Both the position numbers and the translations under genes were made by a program. Under the pieces are notes generated by a model. That model saw only the letters and a list, made by a program, of their open reading frames with translations, searched no databases and was not told the DNA's origin. A stretch of DNA of 64,000 nt from a virus. Below, piece by piece: positions 50,040 through 59,684 of this stretch. The stretch lies in IMG/VR virus record IMGVR_UViG_3300036715_000875, positions 1 to 64,000 of that record, one strand, 5' to 3'. Within the stretch, counting starts at the first letter, position 1. Every line of letters begins with the position of its first letter.

Positions 50040-50774
50040 TTATTGAAGGATTAAGATTTGATTTGCATCAAGAAAGTCTTGAAGCGGGGTGTTGATTTTT
50101 TCTAACTCATTGATAGAATAGCCATAATATTGCATAGCTAATTTATGAGACATTATAGCATGAGGTGTAAATAAGTCACTCTCATCATATTGCTCATCAG
50201 ATAATAGTTTAGTTAGTATATCCCGCTCATCAGCTGATAGCTTCTGATAGGCTACTTTACCAAACCCCTTCTTACCAGGGATATTATCACTAGAGTCACC
50301 GACTAGTGTTTTATATAGTAAGATATGAGCTGGATTGGGGCTAAAGAACTTTTGCTCAATCAGCTGCTCATCTACCTTTGTATTACCATTGATATATACA
50401 GTCACACCATAACCGGTTAAGTGCCATAAGTCTTTATCATTTGAAACGACTACGTCACCTTTCTTCGCTTGGCATGCTATATAATCATCAGCTTCTCCAC
50501 CCTTAACCTCGATCACACTGACACTATCAAAGTGTCTTCCCATGCTCACGATATTATTATAGATAGAGAAATATACAGGGTCGTCGGTACTACCTCTACC
50601 AGCTTTATACCCTTCAAAGATTCCTTTACGGAAGTTTCTAGAGGAAGCTGTATCACAAACCATTTGAATCTTCTTACCTCGATGTTTTTCAAGGAGGGCT
50701 AAGAATAGCTCATAAGGGTCTCCACCGCCGTGGTAGATTCTCTTAATATAGTTATTAGTATCAATATAGACCAT
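50040..50774 (-). CDS. 5'-3' exonuclease / flap endonuclease
   Basis: YKAGR, EADD, SNDKDL, GDSSDNIPG..GFG. Confidence 0.92.
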   Translation of the reverse strand: MVYIDTNNYIKRIYHGGGDPYELFLALLEKHRGKKIQMVCDTASSRNFRKGIFEGYKAGRGSTDDPVYFSIYNNIVSMGRHFDSVSVIEVKGGEADDYIACQAKKGDVVVSNDKDLWHLTGYGVTVYINGNTKVDEQLIEQKFFSPNPAHILLYKTLVGDSSDNIPGKKGFGKVAYQKLSADERDILTKLLSDEQYDESDLFTPHAIMSHKLAMQYYGYSINELEKINTPLQDFLDANQILILQ

Positions 50775-51276
50775 CTGGAATGGCCTTTCCCTTTGTTAAG
50801 GTAACACGTTCAATAGTCAACTCAGGAAATCCTTGAGTAAGATAGTGTGCAGCTTTTTCAAAGGCTTGACGGATAGCTTCATAGCCATGCTTTTCAAATG
50901 GGTCGTTCTCATCATAAGGAGCAAAAGGCTTATTTATAACATAGATAATCCGCTCGGGCATATTATCCTTATATACATAGGTAGTATACAAATGGATAAT
51001 ATCAGCGGGTTCCATATTATTGAGAAGATACCCTTGATAAGCTAGCATAGAAAGAATATCTCTATCCAAGACTATGTTCTTATCTTTACTCTCTTCCCAA
51101 AACTTTTGGGCATCGGCGAAGAATAGGAATGGGTTATTCATTTCACCAGAAAATATTAGAGGCCTGACAGTTGGTGATGGTAGGAATCGAAATTCTCTAC
51201 CAGTTTCTTCTGCCAATGCCTGGGCCATTGTTGTTTTACCACACCGATCAGGACCTTCAATAAGAATTACTCCCAT
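50761..51276 (-). CDS. dNMP kinase (thymidylate kinase fold)
   Basis: EGPDRCGKTT, LDR...S.LAYQG. Confidence 0.88.
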   Translation of the reverse strand: MGVILIEGPDRCGKTTMAQALAEETGREFRFLPSPTVRPLIFSGEMNNPFLFFADAQKFWEESKDKNIVLDRDILSMLAYQGYLLNNMEPADIIHLYTTYVYKDNMPERIIYVINKPFAPYDENDPFEKHGYEAIRQAFEKAAHYLTQGFPELTIERVTLTKGKAIPDGLY

Positions 51277-51647
51277 TAGTATGAACCAGCTGCATTACCT
51301 ACAGCCCCTATTGTCTCTGTGGTTACTGGATGGCCATTATGCCCAACAGTTAAAGTATGCTCTGGGATAACTCCTTGAGACTGAAGCGCTTCTAAGGCTC
51401 GACGTTTTTCTTCACAAGATGAGCAAGGAACCCCAGTATCAGGTATGACTTGCTGAACTTCACCTGCGGTCTTACAGCCTTGACATTTATACGCTTCAAC
51501 AACCTGGGATACCATATGCTCACAAGTTTTAGTTACTCGGGCTACATTTTCATTAAAGATAGCGAAGGCCTCAAGGTCATTGAGGTCTACTCCTTTAGCT
51601 GCGGCCTTTTTATGCATGGCATTCATAATTAGTACATCAATACTCAT
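51276..51647 (-). CDS. hypothetical protein with CxxC...CxxC
   Basis: CQGC and CSSC pairs. Confidence 0.6.
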   Translation of the reverse strand: MSIDVLIMNAMHKKAAAKGVDLNDLEAFAIFNENVARVTKTCEHMVSQVVEAYKCQGCKTAGEVQQVIPDTGVPCSSCEEKRRALEALQSQGVIPEHTLTVGHNGHPVTTETIGAVGNAAGSY

Positions 51648-52312
51648 TATGCTTTACCTACCATCTCAAATTCTGCAAGAGAGTAGCGTTGGTTCTGCTT
51701 GTTTTGAACACGCTTGACCGAGATTTTTGTAATAACATCTGATGTACGCTCACTATGGTCTTTTTTCAAAGCTGATACGTAATCTTTGAATGCGTACATT
51801 GATGATGGTGAAAGGCTAATTTTAGTAAGCTTTGGACCTTCTTCAGCGTAGTCCCAATCAAAATAAACTTCATATCTTGTTTGAATTTTGATCTTGTCTT
51901 CTTCACCAGGGTTAGCAGCTTTAGTCTGCATTAACAAACTGTTCATGTTATCACCACCGGTAGAATTGATACCGTCAAAACTTTCTGCAATCAAGTTAGA
52001 CTGTGTATCCCACAGCTGCCATACTTTCTTACCACCAGATAGAACAACTTCAATATCTTTATAAGACATCTCAGATGACTTGTTTAACAACTCAGTACCA
52101 TCAAGTACAAAGTAAGGCATGAATGAACCGATAGAATCAAGACCCTCAAAGTCATCATTAAAAGACTGAAGCTCACTTGCGCCTGGACGAGAGACAGCTA
52201 CTGCTGTTCCACCTGTAACATTCATATCAATAACTGCGTCTTCAACTGGAGTTGAAACATCTAAATCTTTAACACTCTTACGAGCAACGGGTGTGCCTTT
52301 TTCTTCAGCCAT
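51647..52312 (-). CDS. putative ssDNA-binding/recombination protein
   Basis: Acidic, high-expression codons, own promoter and 5' hairpin, heads the replication operon; function inferred. Confidence 0.45.
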   Translation of the reverse strand: MAEEKGTPVARKSVKDLDVSTPVEDAVIDMNVTGGTAVAVSRPGASELQSFNDDFEGLDSIGSFMPYFVLDGTELLNKSSEMSYKDIEVVLSGGKKVWQLWDTQSNLIAESFDGINSTGGDNMNSLLMQTKAANPGEEDKIKIQTRYEVYFDWDYAEEGPKLTKISLSPSSMYAFKDYVSALKKDHSERTSDVITKISVKRVQNKQNQRYSLAEFEMVGKA

Positions 52313-52394
52313 GGTATATCCTTGTTAATTGTGTATATTTTGGTTGGCACCCTAAGGTGACACCGTAAAACATACTATTGTCTCTTAAAATTAT

Positions 52395-52408
52395 ATTATA
52401 TCGCAAGT
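52395..52408 (-). promoter_or_regulatory. promoter ACTT-GCGA-TATAAT
   Basis: One of 5 intergenic copies of ACTT-N4-TATAAT. Confidence 0.75.
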
Positions 52409-52459
52409 TTATGAATAAAGACTTACAATATAATATGTTACGAAATTAATTCACTTAGC

Positions 52460-53044
52460 TTATAAGCGATGTAGGATGCCAAATTTTAGACCTAATACTA
52501 CCTGATCTTTCTTAGAAAGACCTCTAATGTATTCTAAGACTATCTCAAAGCGTTCATCTTCTATAACATCATCAAGCGTAGTATCAAAAGTGCTCGCTCC
52601 AAAGTCTAGCTGCTCTTCACTTTCATAGTTAGACATATTTTCTGTACTGAGTCCAAGAACTAGTTCAACTATATGTAACTCTATACTAAGTTCAGTAGCT
52701 ATTAATATAGCTTCTGGCTCGCGTTCATGTGTTAGTAGATACTTATCAATGTACTTATAAATCTTGAGCTTAAAGTTAACTATATGGCTAGGAAGTCTTA
52801 TAGTTCTAGACTTATTAGTTAAGGCTTCTATGATAGCTTGCTTACACCAGAAGTTAGCATAGGTAGAAAACTTAGTACCAAATGATGGGTCATATCGTCT
52901 AGCCGCTTTAATTAGGCCAATATTACCTTCCTGTACTAAGTCTTCATATGGAATATTCCTACTGCTATACTGTCTAGCCTTTATCTTAGGTATATGTAGA
53001 TGAGTCTCAATTAGTGTGACTTGTTCAAATGTTAGAGCTTCCAT
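52460..53044 (-). CDS. sigma70-family factor (regions 2, 3 and 4.1; no 4.2 HTH)
   Basis: DLVQEGNIGLIKAA.RYDP..G.KFSTYA.FW..QAI; IRLP.H; ends at LS.....VL.LKFG. Confidence 0.9.
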   Translation of the reverse strand: MEALTFEQVTLIETHLHIPKIKARQYSSRNIPYEDLVQEGNIGLIKAARRYDPSFGTKFSTYANFWCKQAIIEALTNKSRTIRLPSHIVNFKLKIYKYIDKYLLTHEREPEAILIATELSIELHIVELVLGLSTENMSNYESEEQLDFGASTFDTTLDDVIEDERFEIVLEYIRGLSKKDQVVLGLKFGILHRL

Positions 53045-54444
53045 GATAACTGGTCCTTTATAGTGATAGATGCTTCAAAAAAGCTTGTATGTGTTTGATT
53101 ACCTTTTAGTATCTCTGAAACATAGTTTACATTTTCCATGATACTCTTTAATAGCGCTACAGCTGGTGTCTTCTCAGCTACCAGTACATAGATATTAGGT
53201 TCTCTTGTTTGGCCAGGTCTATGGACACGGTCCATACCCTGCCAGAAATTATCTACTTCATAGTCAAGCTCAAAGAATACTACATTAAAGCAGTGCTGAA
53301 GATCTAGACCGACACCCATACTCTTAGCATTACCAATAAGCCACTTAACCTTGCCTTCCTTAAAGTCAGCTATGGCTTTATCTTTATCTTTAGGAGAGAC
53401 TCTACCGTCTACTATTCCGTAGGTAATGCCTCTAGAATCAAAATAGTCTCTAATAAGATTAGAAGTGGTATGGTAATGAGCAAATAATATACCTTGTTCA
53501 TCTCCTATTTCCTCTAAAGTTATATCAAGCATATCAAAATAGGCAGACTTCTCATCAACACCGACTATCTCAGGTGAGACTGTAGCCTGTCTTACCTTAT
53601 GAAGCAGCGCGCTAGCTTGAGCAAAGATAAATTCATCTTCACCAATACCTAGCTCTAAGAATCCTAGGTCCCAAAACTCTTTGAGCTTCTTGTAATGCTT
53701 CTCTCCTAGACTGAATTGCTTAATGATTAATTGCTTTTCTGGGAGCTCTAAGACATCTTTCTTAAGCTTCCGTCTACAAGTTTTAGCAACAATCTCGTTA
53801 AGCTTATCCAAGTTCTTCCAACCGATAATGACTGGAAAACCTGTAGCGTCTTTTGCATACTTGGCGTGGTGTCTTAAGAAATTTTTCTCTGTAACATAGA
53901 TATTTGGATTAATCAGTTGCACTAGAGGAAATAAATCTAGTGGCGACTTTACAACTGGTGTACCATTCATCAACGCTAAGTAAGGGACTTTATAGGCTAC
54001 TTTTTGGAAAGCTTTAAAAGCCTTAGACTTAGGAGACTTAATGAACTTATACTCATCAGCTACAAGAGCCATCAAGTTATTCATATTAGCCTTAAGGTCT
54101 TGAATCTCCTTAGCCATAATAGCGTAAGATACAAGAACTATATCTGCAGACTTAAGAGTCTTAAGTATTTCTTTACGCTCATTAGGAGTGCCTCTATAGC
54201 ACACTACTTTACGATCAGACTTAAAATACTCTCCAAACTTTCTAGTCCACTCGTTAAACAAAATAGGTGGAATAACAACTATACTCTGACCCTCAAACTT
54301 TTCAGCTAGATAAGTTAAGAGTATGTATACGCTGAAGGTCTTACCAACACCTGGCTCGTGAAGAATTCCACCTCTTTTATTCTGGATAAAAAACTTTGCG
54401 TCATCCATCTGGTATTCAAAAGGCTCTAATATGTATTCAGTCAT
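53032..54444 (-). CDS. SNF2-like helicase
   Basis: PGVGKT, DEY, NGTP, GVGLDLQ, Q..DRVHR.GQ. Confidence 0.9.
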   Translation of the reverse strand: MTEYILEPFEYQMDDAKFFIQNKRGGILHEPGVGKTFSVYILLTYLAEKFEGQSIVVIPPILFNEWTRKFGEYFKSDRKVVCYRGTPNERKEILKTLKSADIVLVSYAIMAKEIQDLKANMNNLMALVADEYKFIKSPKSKAFKAFQKVAYKVPYLALMNGTPVVKSPLDLFPLVQLINPNIYVTEKNFLRHHAKYAKDATGFPVIIGWKNLDKLNEIVAKTCRRKLKKDVLELPEKQLIIKQFSLGEKHYKKLKEFWDLGFLELGIGEDEFIFAQASALLHKVRQATVSPEIVGVDEKSAYFDMLDITLEEIGDEQGILFAHYHTTSNLIRDYFDSRGITYGIVDGRVSPKDKDKAIADFKEGKVKWLIGNAKSMGVGLDLQHCFNVVFFELDYEVDNFWQGMDRVHRPGQTREPNIYVLVAEKTPAVALLKSIMENVNYVSEILKGNQTHTSFFEASITIKDQLSWKL

Positions 54445-54462
54445 GATTATTTCTTTTTGTTT

Positions 54463-54476
54463 ATTATACCATAAGT
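54463..54476 (-). promoter_or_regulatory. promoter ACTT-ATGG-TATAAT
   Basis: Motif copy upstream of the helicase. Confidence 0.75.
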
Positions 54477-54477
54477 C

Positions 54478-57168
54478 TTACTTAGAAGACTCTGGAATGA
54501 AATTAGATAGGTTAACTTTATACTCTAGGCTCTTAGAAATACTTAAACAGGCTATTAGTCTAGTCTTACTACCAATAGTATTTTCACGCTTAATATAATC
54601 GCAGAACCCTTCTTTTTGTAGCATCTTGATAAATGATGTCATACCCATATCATATAGACTTAAGTGATAGTCTTTATTATACTTAGAGAATAGCGGGAAT
54701 ACAGTCTCTACATCTATGTATAGTTGGTCTTTAGGTATATCATAGGCATAGTGCACATTCTGTAATACTGGATATGGACTAGCCTGCACATCAGATAATA
54801 GATTCATGATATCAAGAATCTTGATAACGTCATTCTTGTTAATTATACTATCAATAACAGCGTTACCGTGCTGTATAAACTTCTCATAGTCTTTCATACT
54901 GTCTAGTATCTTATCTTTAATATCAACACCTTTAAGAGCCATAAACTCAATAAAGTAGTCAAAAGTGACTCTAAGTACTGTATGGTTAAATATAGGCCTT
55001 TCTGGGAGATTTAAAGACTTAATATACTCAGCGTGATAGCCCTCAAATTTACTCTTAAGTTCTTCTGGCTTTACAGACATAGCAAATGTTAAGAATTCTT
55101 TACCAAGACTTTCTAACTTCATATCTTTTAAAGCATCTAAGTGCTTCTTAGCATTTGGCTTTTCAGTCAAATACATACGAGTAAGCTGAACTTCAATAAC
55201 CCGATGTTGAACAGCTGTCTCAATGATAGATTGCTCACCAAGTAATACAATAGGAGCTCTATAGTAATATGGTATAATCTCTTGATTAGCTGTACCCCGC
55301 TCTCCTCGAGATGAATTATACGCACCACGAATTAGTCTTGAAACAAGCTGAGACTGGGTCTCTTTCATCATCATAGGTTTATACTCATCTAAGATTAGCG
55401 GTATAAGATTTGAGCTATTACAAGCAGCCATCAAAGAGAACTGTGTAACATCAGAAATAGACTTCAAGGCTGAGTCAGCCATAGCGAAAAACCTTCTAAG
55501 TAATAGCCCAGTAGACGTCTTACCTGCCCCTGCTTCACCAAAGAAAAATAGTAGTGGAAACTGACTATAGACCTTATCATAGTGAGGCTTAAAGAATGAC
55601 GATAAGAACCAACCCACAGAAGGAATAACTACCTGAGGTACATTGAAATCAATAATAGAATCAGCGATATTCTGAGCTTCTTCATGTGTGAGCTGTGGCC
55701 AATCAAAATCAAGCTTAGTATTAACAATTGTTAATGACTTGGCATTAACCTTAATCTTATCCATAACGCCACTTAAAGCAACACTACCAGAATCATTTGC
55801 ATAGTGCCACTCTTTATCAGCCCAGTGTAAACCGATAAAATCTTTGCCTATCTGTTCTTTAGGGTCTTCCTTTCTTAAATACCAACCAATCATTGCTAAC
55901 TCTCTTTCTGAGCACCAGACTGGAAAGTCTGGAGATAAAAATTTTGTGAAGCCATTCTTAGTGTTAAAGGCAGCTTCTGGTACTGAGATGTTTCTCTTCT
56001 TGCCTCTAGCATTAACTAGCTCCATATCATATAGAATCTCACCACTATCATGCTTAATATCATGCTTGATCTTCATAGTGAAACCTGTAAGTCTTCTTGA
56101 ACCTTCAGCTGCCTGTAAGTAGTAGCTATTATTCTTAATGAAGATACCAAATTCCTCATCCATTTCCTCAGCGTCTTCTCCTACTTTAATAGGACAAGCC
56201 TTACAACTTGGTTCATCAACAATTTTACAAATAAATCCACAGTCAAACTTATACTCTGGATTCTCAACGACAAAGCCATAGACATTTTTAAAGTGGTCTT
56301 CTTTATCATCTTGGCTTTTATACACAGACGAATTATACTCCAGCATAGGCTTAAAGTACTTAAGAGCTTGGTCTGGTGACCAGTTCATTCTAGCTCCATA
56401 AGTAGCTGCATTAAGAACTAAGCCATTAAATCTAGCCTGACTATTAACCCCATCTAGATCACGAAGCCTAGAAATACAGTCTGGAATATTCGCAGCTTGC
56501 AAGACTTTTGTATCAACTGTCTCTTTAGACTTAGGAATAACTATATCACAGGCTTTAAACCAGCTCTCAGCTAAAGGATTACGAGCTACTTTTCCAAACG
56601 GTTTAGTAACTTGTCTAGGAGCTCTACAAAGCTGAGCTACATAGTCTATTCCTTCAGTCAATACTTCTGTATATGTTAGCTCTACCTTATAGTTGCCGTT
56701 ATCACGTTCGATATTAGGCAGACGCCACATACGGCCTTTACCACCAGAGTATACAACCATGTCTAGAACTACGCCTGTAGCTCTACCAATGGATGCTGCC
56801 ATTAACTTATATCTATAAGGTAGTAAAGCTTTGAACTTATTATCCATAAACACTAATGGATTAAGCTCGATATGAAACCCTTTTTTACCGGTAGCAAATA
56901 TTTTTAAGTCTGAATCAGGCTTTAAGTTATATCCAGTTACTAGGTACTTAACTACTTTCTTTAGGTCATCTAAGGCTATTTCTATACTTTCATTATCAAT
57001 GTCAATATAAAAAGGTCCAAAATACTTCTGATCAAGTTTTGTCTCTAGGTCTTCAGGATTACTCTCAATAGACAGGACAGTCTCAAAATACATACCAGTA
57101 GGAGGGTTATGTTCATCAGCTAATATCCATTTAGCCTTACCATCTTTCTTGTAGTATTTTAAGCCCAT
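54478..57168 (-). CDS. AEP primase-helicase fusion
   Basis: DID, G.KGFH, D..VY...R..RLPN; Cys cluster (C..C..CP); GEAGAGKTS P-loop and LDEY. Confidence 0.88.
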   Translation of the reverse strand: MGLKYYKKDGKAKWILADEHNPPTGMYFETVLSIESNPEDLETKLDQKYFGPFYIDIDNESIEIALDDLKKVVKYLVTGYNLKPDSDLKIFATGKKGFHIELNPLVFMDNKFKALLPYRYKLMAASIGRATGVVLDMVVYSGGKGRMWRLPNIERDNGNYKVELTYTEVLTEGIDYVAQLCRAPRQVTKPFGKVARNPLAESWFKACDIVIPKSKETVDTKVLQAANIPDCISRLRDLDGVNSQARFNGLVLNAATYGARMNWSPDQALKYFKPMLEYNSSVYKSQDDKEDHFKNVYGFVVENPEYKFDCGFICKIVDEPSCKACPIKVGEDAEEMDEEFGIFIKNNSYYLQAAEGSRRLTGFTMKIKHDIKHDSGEILYDMELVNARGKKRNISVPEAAFNTKNGFTKFLSPDFPVWCSERELAMIGWYLRKEDPKEQIGKDFIGLHWADKEWHYANDSGSVALSGVMDKIKVNAKSLTIVNTKLDFDWPQLTHEEAQNIADSIIDFNVPQVVIPSVGWFLSSFFKPHYDKVYSQFPLLFFFGEAGAGKTSTGLLLRRFFAMADSALKSISDVTQFSLMAACNSSNLIPLILDEYKPMMMKETQSQLVSRLIRGAYNSSRGERGTANQEIIPYYYRAPIVLLGEQSIIETAVQHRVIEVQLTRMYLTEKPNAKKHLDALKDMKLESLGKEFLTFAMSVKPEELKSKFEGYHAEYIKSLNLPERPIFNHTVLRVTFDYFIEFMALKGVDIKDKILDSMKDYEKFIQHGNAVIDSIINKNDVIKILDIMNLLSDVQASPYPVLQNVHYAYDIPKDQLYIDVETVFPLFSKYNKDYHLSLYDMGMTSFIKMLQKEGFCDYIKRENTIGSKTRLIACLSISKSLEYKVNLSNFIPESSK

Positions 57169-57420
57169 CTATTCCCCCAATGTTTTTTTAACCTCTAGTA
57201 ACGCTTTGGCTTTAGCCATATTCTTCTTTAACAAGGTTTGATAGAGAAGAATCTTTTTCATGTCAAGTTCAGAGTATAAGGCCTTCCCAGGTTTTCCTGG
57301 GACTTTTCCTTTCACTCCTGAGATACTTAGGTCATTACATAGATTGTAAAGGGTATTTATTTTATACCCACAAATAGCTCCAATAAACTCTATTGTATAG
57401 GCTGGCTCAGTTGTGTACAT
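57169..57420 (-). CDS. MerR-like HTH protein
   Basis: YTI...A.CG....TL ... LYSE.D pattern. Confidence 0.55.
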   Translation of the reverse strand: MYTTEPAYTIEFIGAICGYKINTLYNLCNDLSISGVKGKVPGKPGKALYSELDMKKILLYQTLLKKNMAKAKALLEVKKTLGE

Positions 57421-57949
57421 TGTATAATGCCTTCAATTTAGAGTAGATTTCTTCATAGCCATTACAGTAGGCCATTACATCTTTGAGATAATAGTTATCT
57501 TCTTTACCGGACCAAATCTTGGAGTAAGTTCCATTGCCATAGCCATTTTCTTGTCTAAGAACATTTAGAGCCTGCTTACCTATGATAATCTTAGTAACAG
57601 CAGGATAGTTGTGCATAACTGTAGCGATAAGGTCCTCAAAACGTAGCTCATGGATTAACTTAATCATAGAAGTTAAGAACATGAAGTCATCAGAAGTAGC
57701 CTCTGGCTGAGCTTTACCTGTTCGTAGCTCTGGACGGTAGTATAGACAATTCATACTAAAAATGGTCATATCGACCAACTCAACAACCATATTATCTTCG
57801 TCTCTTTCTGAGACTTTCCAGTCATGAAAACCTAGTGAGGCTGTAAACTCTCCCAACTCTTCAATCAATGCTTTGTACATTACCTCAAAAGTTGTCGCCT
57901 TAGCGTAAGTCTGCTGGAAGTGAACTTGACGGTCAATAATTTTATTCAT
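57407..57949 (-). CDS. dimeric all-alpha dUTPase (or dCTPase), Campylobacter type
   Basis: EE..E...WK, VELVD..IF, K..LN..RQ.NGY..G.Y.K.W.G.EDN; start revised to ATG 57949. Confidence 0.85.
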   Translation of the reverse strand: MNKIIDRQVHFQQTYAKATTFEVMYKALIEELGEFTASLGFHDWKVSERDEDNMVVELVDMTIFSMNCLYYRPELRTGKAQPEATSDDFMFLTSMIKLIHELRFEDLIATVMHNYPAVTKIIIGKQALNVLRQENGYGNGTYSKIWSGKEDNYYLKDVMAYCNGYEEIYSKLKALYNVHN

Positions 57950-57996
57950 AGGGTTACCTTTTTTCTTTAATGTGATTTCACTTTGTATACTATAAT

Positions 57997-58039
57997 AAAA
58001 AACCGGTGGCATACCGTAAATAACGATACGCTACCGGTT
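57997..58039 (-). terminator. intrinsic terminator
   Basis: AACCGGTAGCGTATCG...CGGTATGCCACCGGTT long stem running into a T6 tract. Confidence 0.75.
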
Positions 58040-58221
58040 CAGGAGGTGAACGACTACGCTCTTAGAAGCATATTGCAAACGTCGTCTTGGGTACTCAATA
58101 ACTTGGAGGTCTTTTTGAGTGATCTTTTATATCGAAGGAGATCGAATATGCACGATTCGACCTAACAGAGAGATAAAATCTGTTAGGCCTAAACCTACAT
58201 AAGTAGGTGGAACAGAGAGGA
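57997..58221 (-). ncRNA. candidate multi-hairpin antisense sRNA ending in an intrinsic terminator
   Basis: Seven consecutive stem-loops; G-U pairs mostly favour the minus strand; loops complementary to early-gene RBSs. Confidence 0.6.
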
Positions 58222-58695
58222 TTAAACCTCGTCTGAACCTTCAACTTCAGGAGCAGCTTCTTCAGCTGGAGCTTTTTCAGCTTTTTCTTTCTTCGCTTTT
58301 TTACGAGCAACAACCGGCATTGAACGCTGCTTCATCCAGTTAGCGTACCAGCTGATTGAGTTAGCTGTTGTATCAACACCTTCAGTTTCAGAAAGGAACT
58401 TAGCGAGTTCGCCATAGCTCAAATGCTCAAGAGAGTCATCTTGAAGAACTTTAATTGTCAAGAACGCTTTTGTTTGTGGGTTCTCACCGAGTGTACGACG
58501 ACGGCTCATTTTAACAACGTTACCTTCAGCATCAATAGTGAACCCATTCTCATTTAAGAATGCAACAAGAGCGTCTTTATCACCAGCTTCTTCCAAGTGT
58601 GCAGAGATTTTCTCCAACAAAATTTCTTTTGTATCTTTAGCTTCAATAGCTACGCCTAATTCTGTGGCCCGAACCACTAACTGTGATTTATTCAT
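58222..58695 (-). CDS. putative nucleic-acid-binding protein (Rho-N/SAP-like N-terminus, HTH-like C-terminus, Lys/acidic tail)
   Basis: MNKSQL...A.ELG......TKE.L.EKI; high-expression codon bias; own promoter. Confidence 0.55.
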   Translation of the reverse strand: MNKSQLVVRATELGVAIEAKDTKEILLEKISAHLEEAGDKDALVAFLNENGFTIDAEGNVVKMSRRRTLGENPQTKAFLTIKVLQDDSLEHLSYGELAKFLSETEGVDTTANSISWYANWMKQRSMPVVARKKAKKEKAEKAPAEEAAPEVEGSDEV

Positions 58696-58725
58696 CTGTG
58701 TATCCTTATGTTTTTTGATATTAGT

Positions 58726-58739
58726 ATTATAGCGTAAGT
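58726..58739 (-). promoter_or_regulatory. promoter ACTT-ACGC-TATAAT
   Basis: Motif copy. Confidence 0.75.
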
Positions 58740-58742
58740 AAA

Positions 58743-59684
58743 CTAAATGTTACTTGCGATTTCATTTAGAGTAATTATTGTACACTGGTCTGCTGGCTTA
58801 TCAGTTCTCTCACGGACGAACTGAGGATGGCGGAGCTTCAAGTTCTTAGTAACTTCATTAGCACTAACTTCACAGACCATACCTTTGAGGGTGCCAGCGA
58901 TAGCTCTATCTGTAAAGTCTTGGCGCTGCTTATCAGTCATACCAGAACACTTACCAATTTCTTGGATATTTTTATTATGATCGTAAAGAGCAATGATAAG
59001 TGAACCGAGCTGGCCCTCATATTTACCTTTACCTTTTTCAATCCCTATTACAAAGGCATCAACTGTGAAAGCTTTCTTCACTTTAGTCCATGACTTTGCG
59101 TAGTCTTTCTCAGTAAGGTTCTTAACCATAATACCTTCTCCGCCATTGGAGCTGACTACATAGTCCCATAATGTTTGAAACTTACTAAGCTTCCAAGCTC
59201 GTGGCATAGCTAAATGACCCATTACGATAGTAGTGTCAAATTCTACAGTATTTTTGAAAAAAGACTTAAGCATATTTCGTCGTGCTTTATATTCCAATTC
59301 TTTGTATGACTCCCCAGCAAGCATTTGAATATCGTAAATTACGTAGTGCGCTTCAGCTAAACCTGGTGTATAGTTATTTGTACCCATTACTGAGCGTGCC
59401 ATTTCCCAACGAGTCACATGTGGTTCATCTAGGTGGATGACTTCGCCATCTAGAATAGTGCCACTAGGAAATGTCGCTAGCAATGCCTTTACTATATAAG
59501 GAACGTTAGTGGCTCTGTCGATACCATTTCTTGAAATTATCTTTACAGTGCCATCAAATATCTCTGCACCAAAGCGCGAGCCATCAAACTTTTCTTCAAT
59601 GATAAGATCTTCATTAGTTACCAATAAAGGTAACGACTCTAATGTAGCTTTCTTAGTAGCCCGTACAAAATCAAACGTTGGCAT
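58743..59684 (-). CDS. ATP-dependent DNA ligase
   Basis: EKFDGSR, LDGEV, YDI, GEGIMVK, W.KVK, OB-fold LRHP.F.R.R.DK. Confidence 0.93.
   Translation of the reverse strand: MPTFDFVRATKKATLESLPLLVTNEDLIIEEKFDGSRFGAEIFDGTVKIISRNGIDRATNVPYIVKALLATFPSGTILDGEVIHLDEPHVTRWEMARSVMGTNNYTPGLAEAHYVIYDIQMLAGESYKELEYKARRNMLKSFFKNTVEFDTTIVMGHLAMPRAWKLSKFQTLWDYVVSSNGGEGIMVKNLTEKDYAKSWTKVKKAFTVDAFVIGIEKGKGKYEGQLGSLIIALYDHNKNIQEIGKCSGMTDKQRQDFTDRAIAGTLKGMVCEVSANEVTKNLKLRHPQFVRERTDKPADQCTIITLNEIASNI

Noticed and set aside
57169-57420. Excisionase indicating a temperate lifestyle
   Set aside because: No integrase, att site or repressor in the window; lifestyle cannot be determined from this fragment.
58000-58221. 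tRNA, tmRNA or a CsrB-like GGA sponge on the plus strand
   Set aside because: No cloverleaf, T-loop or CCA end. The GGA motifs are on the plus strand, but most G-U pairs and the terminator favour the minus strand. A plus-strand TATAAT at 57991-57996 means this is not fully excluded.
57983-58313. ORFs 57983-58165 (+), 58095-58313 (-) and the 5' extension of the dUTPase to 58012
   Set aside because: Weak starts and overlap with a terminator or a real gene; the interval is better explained as structured RNA. The plus-strand SD-ATG at 58135-58150 opens only MHDST*.
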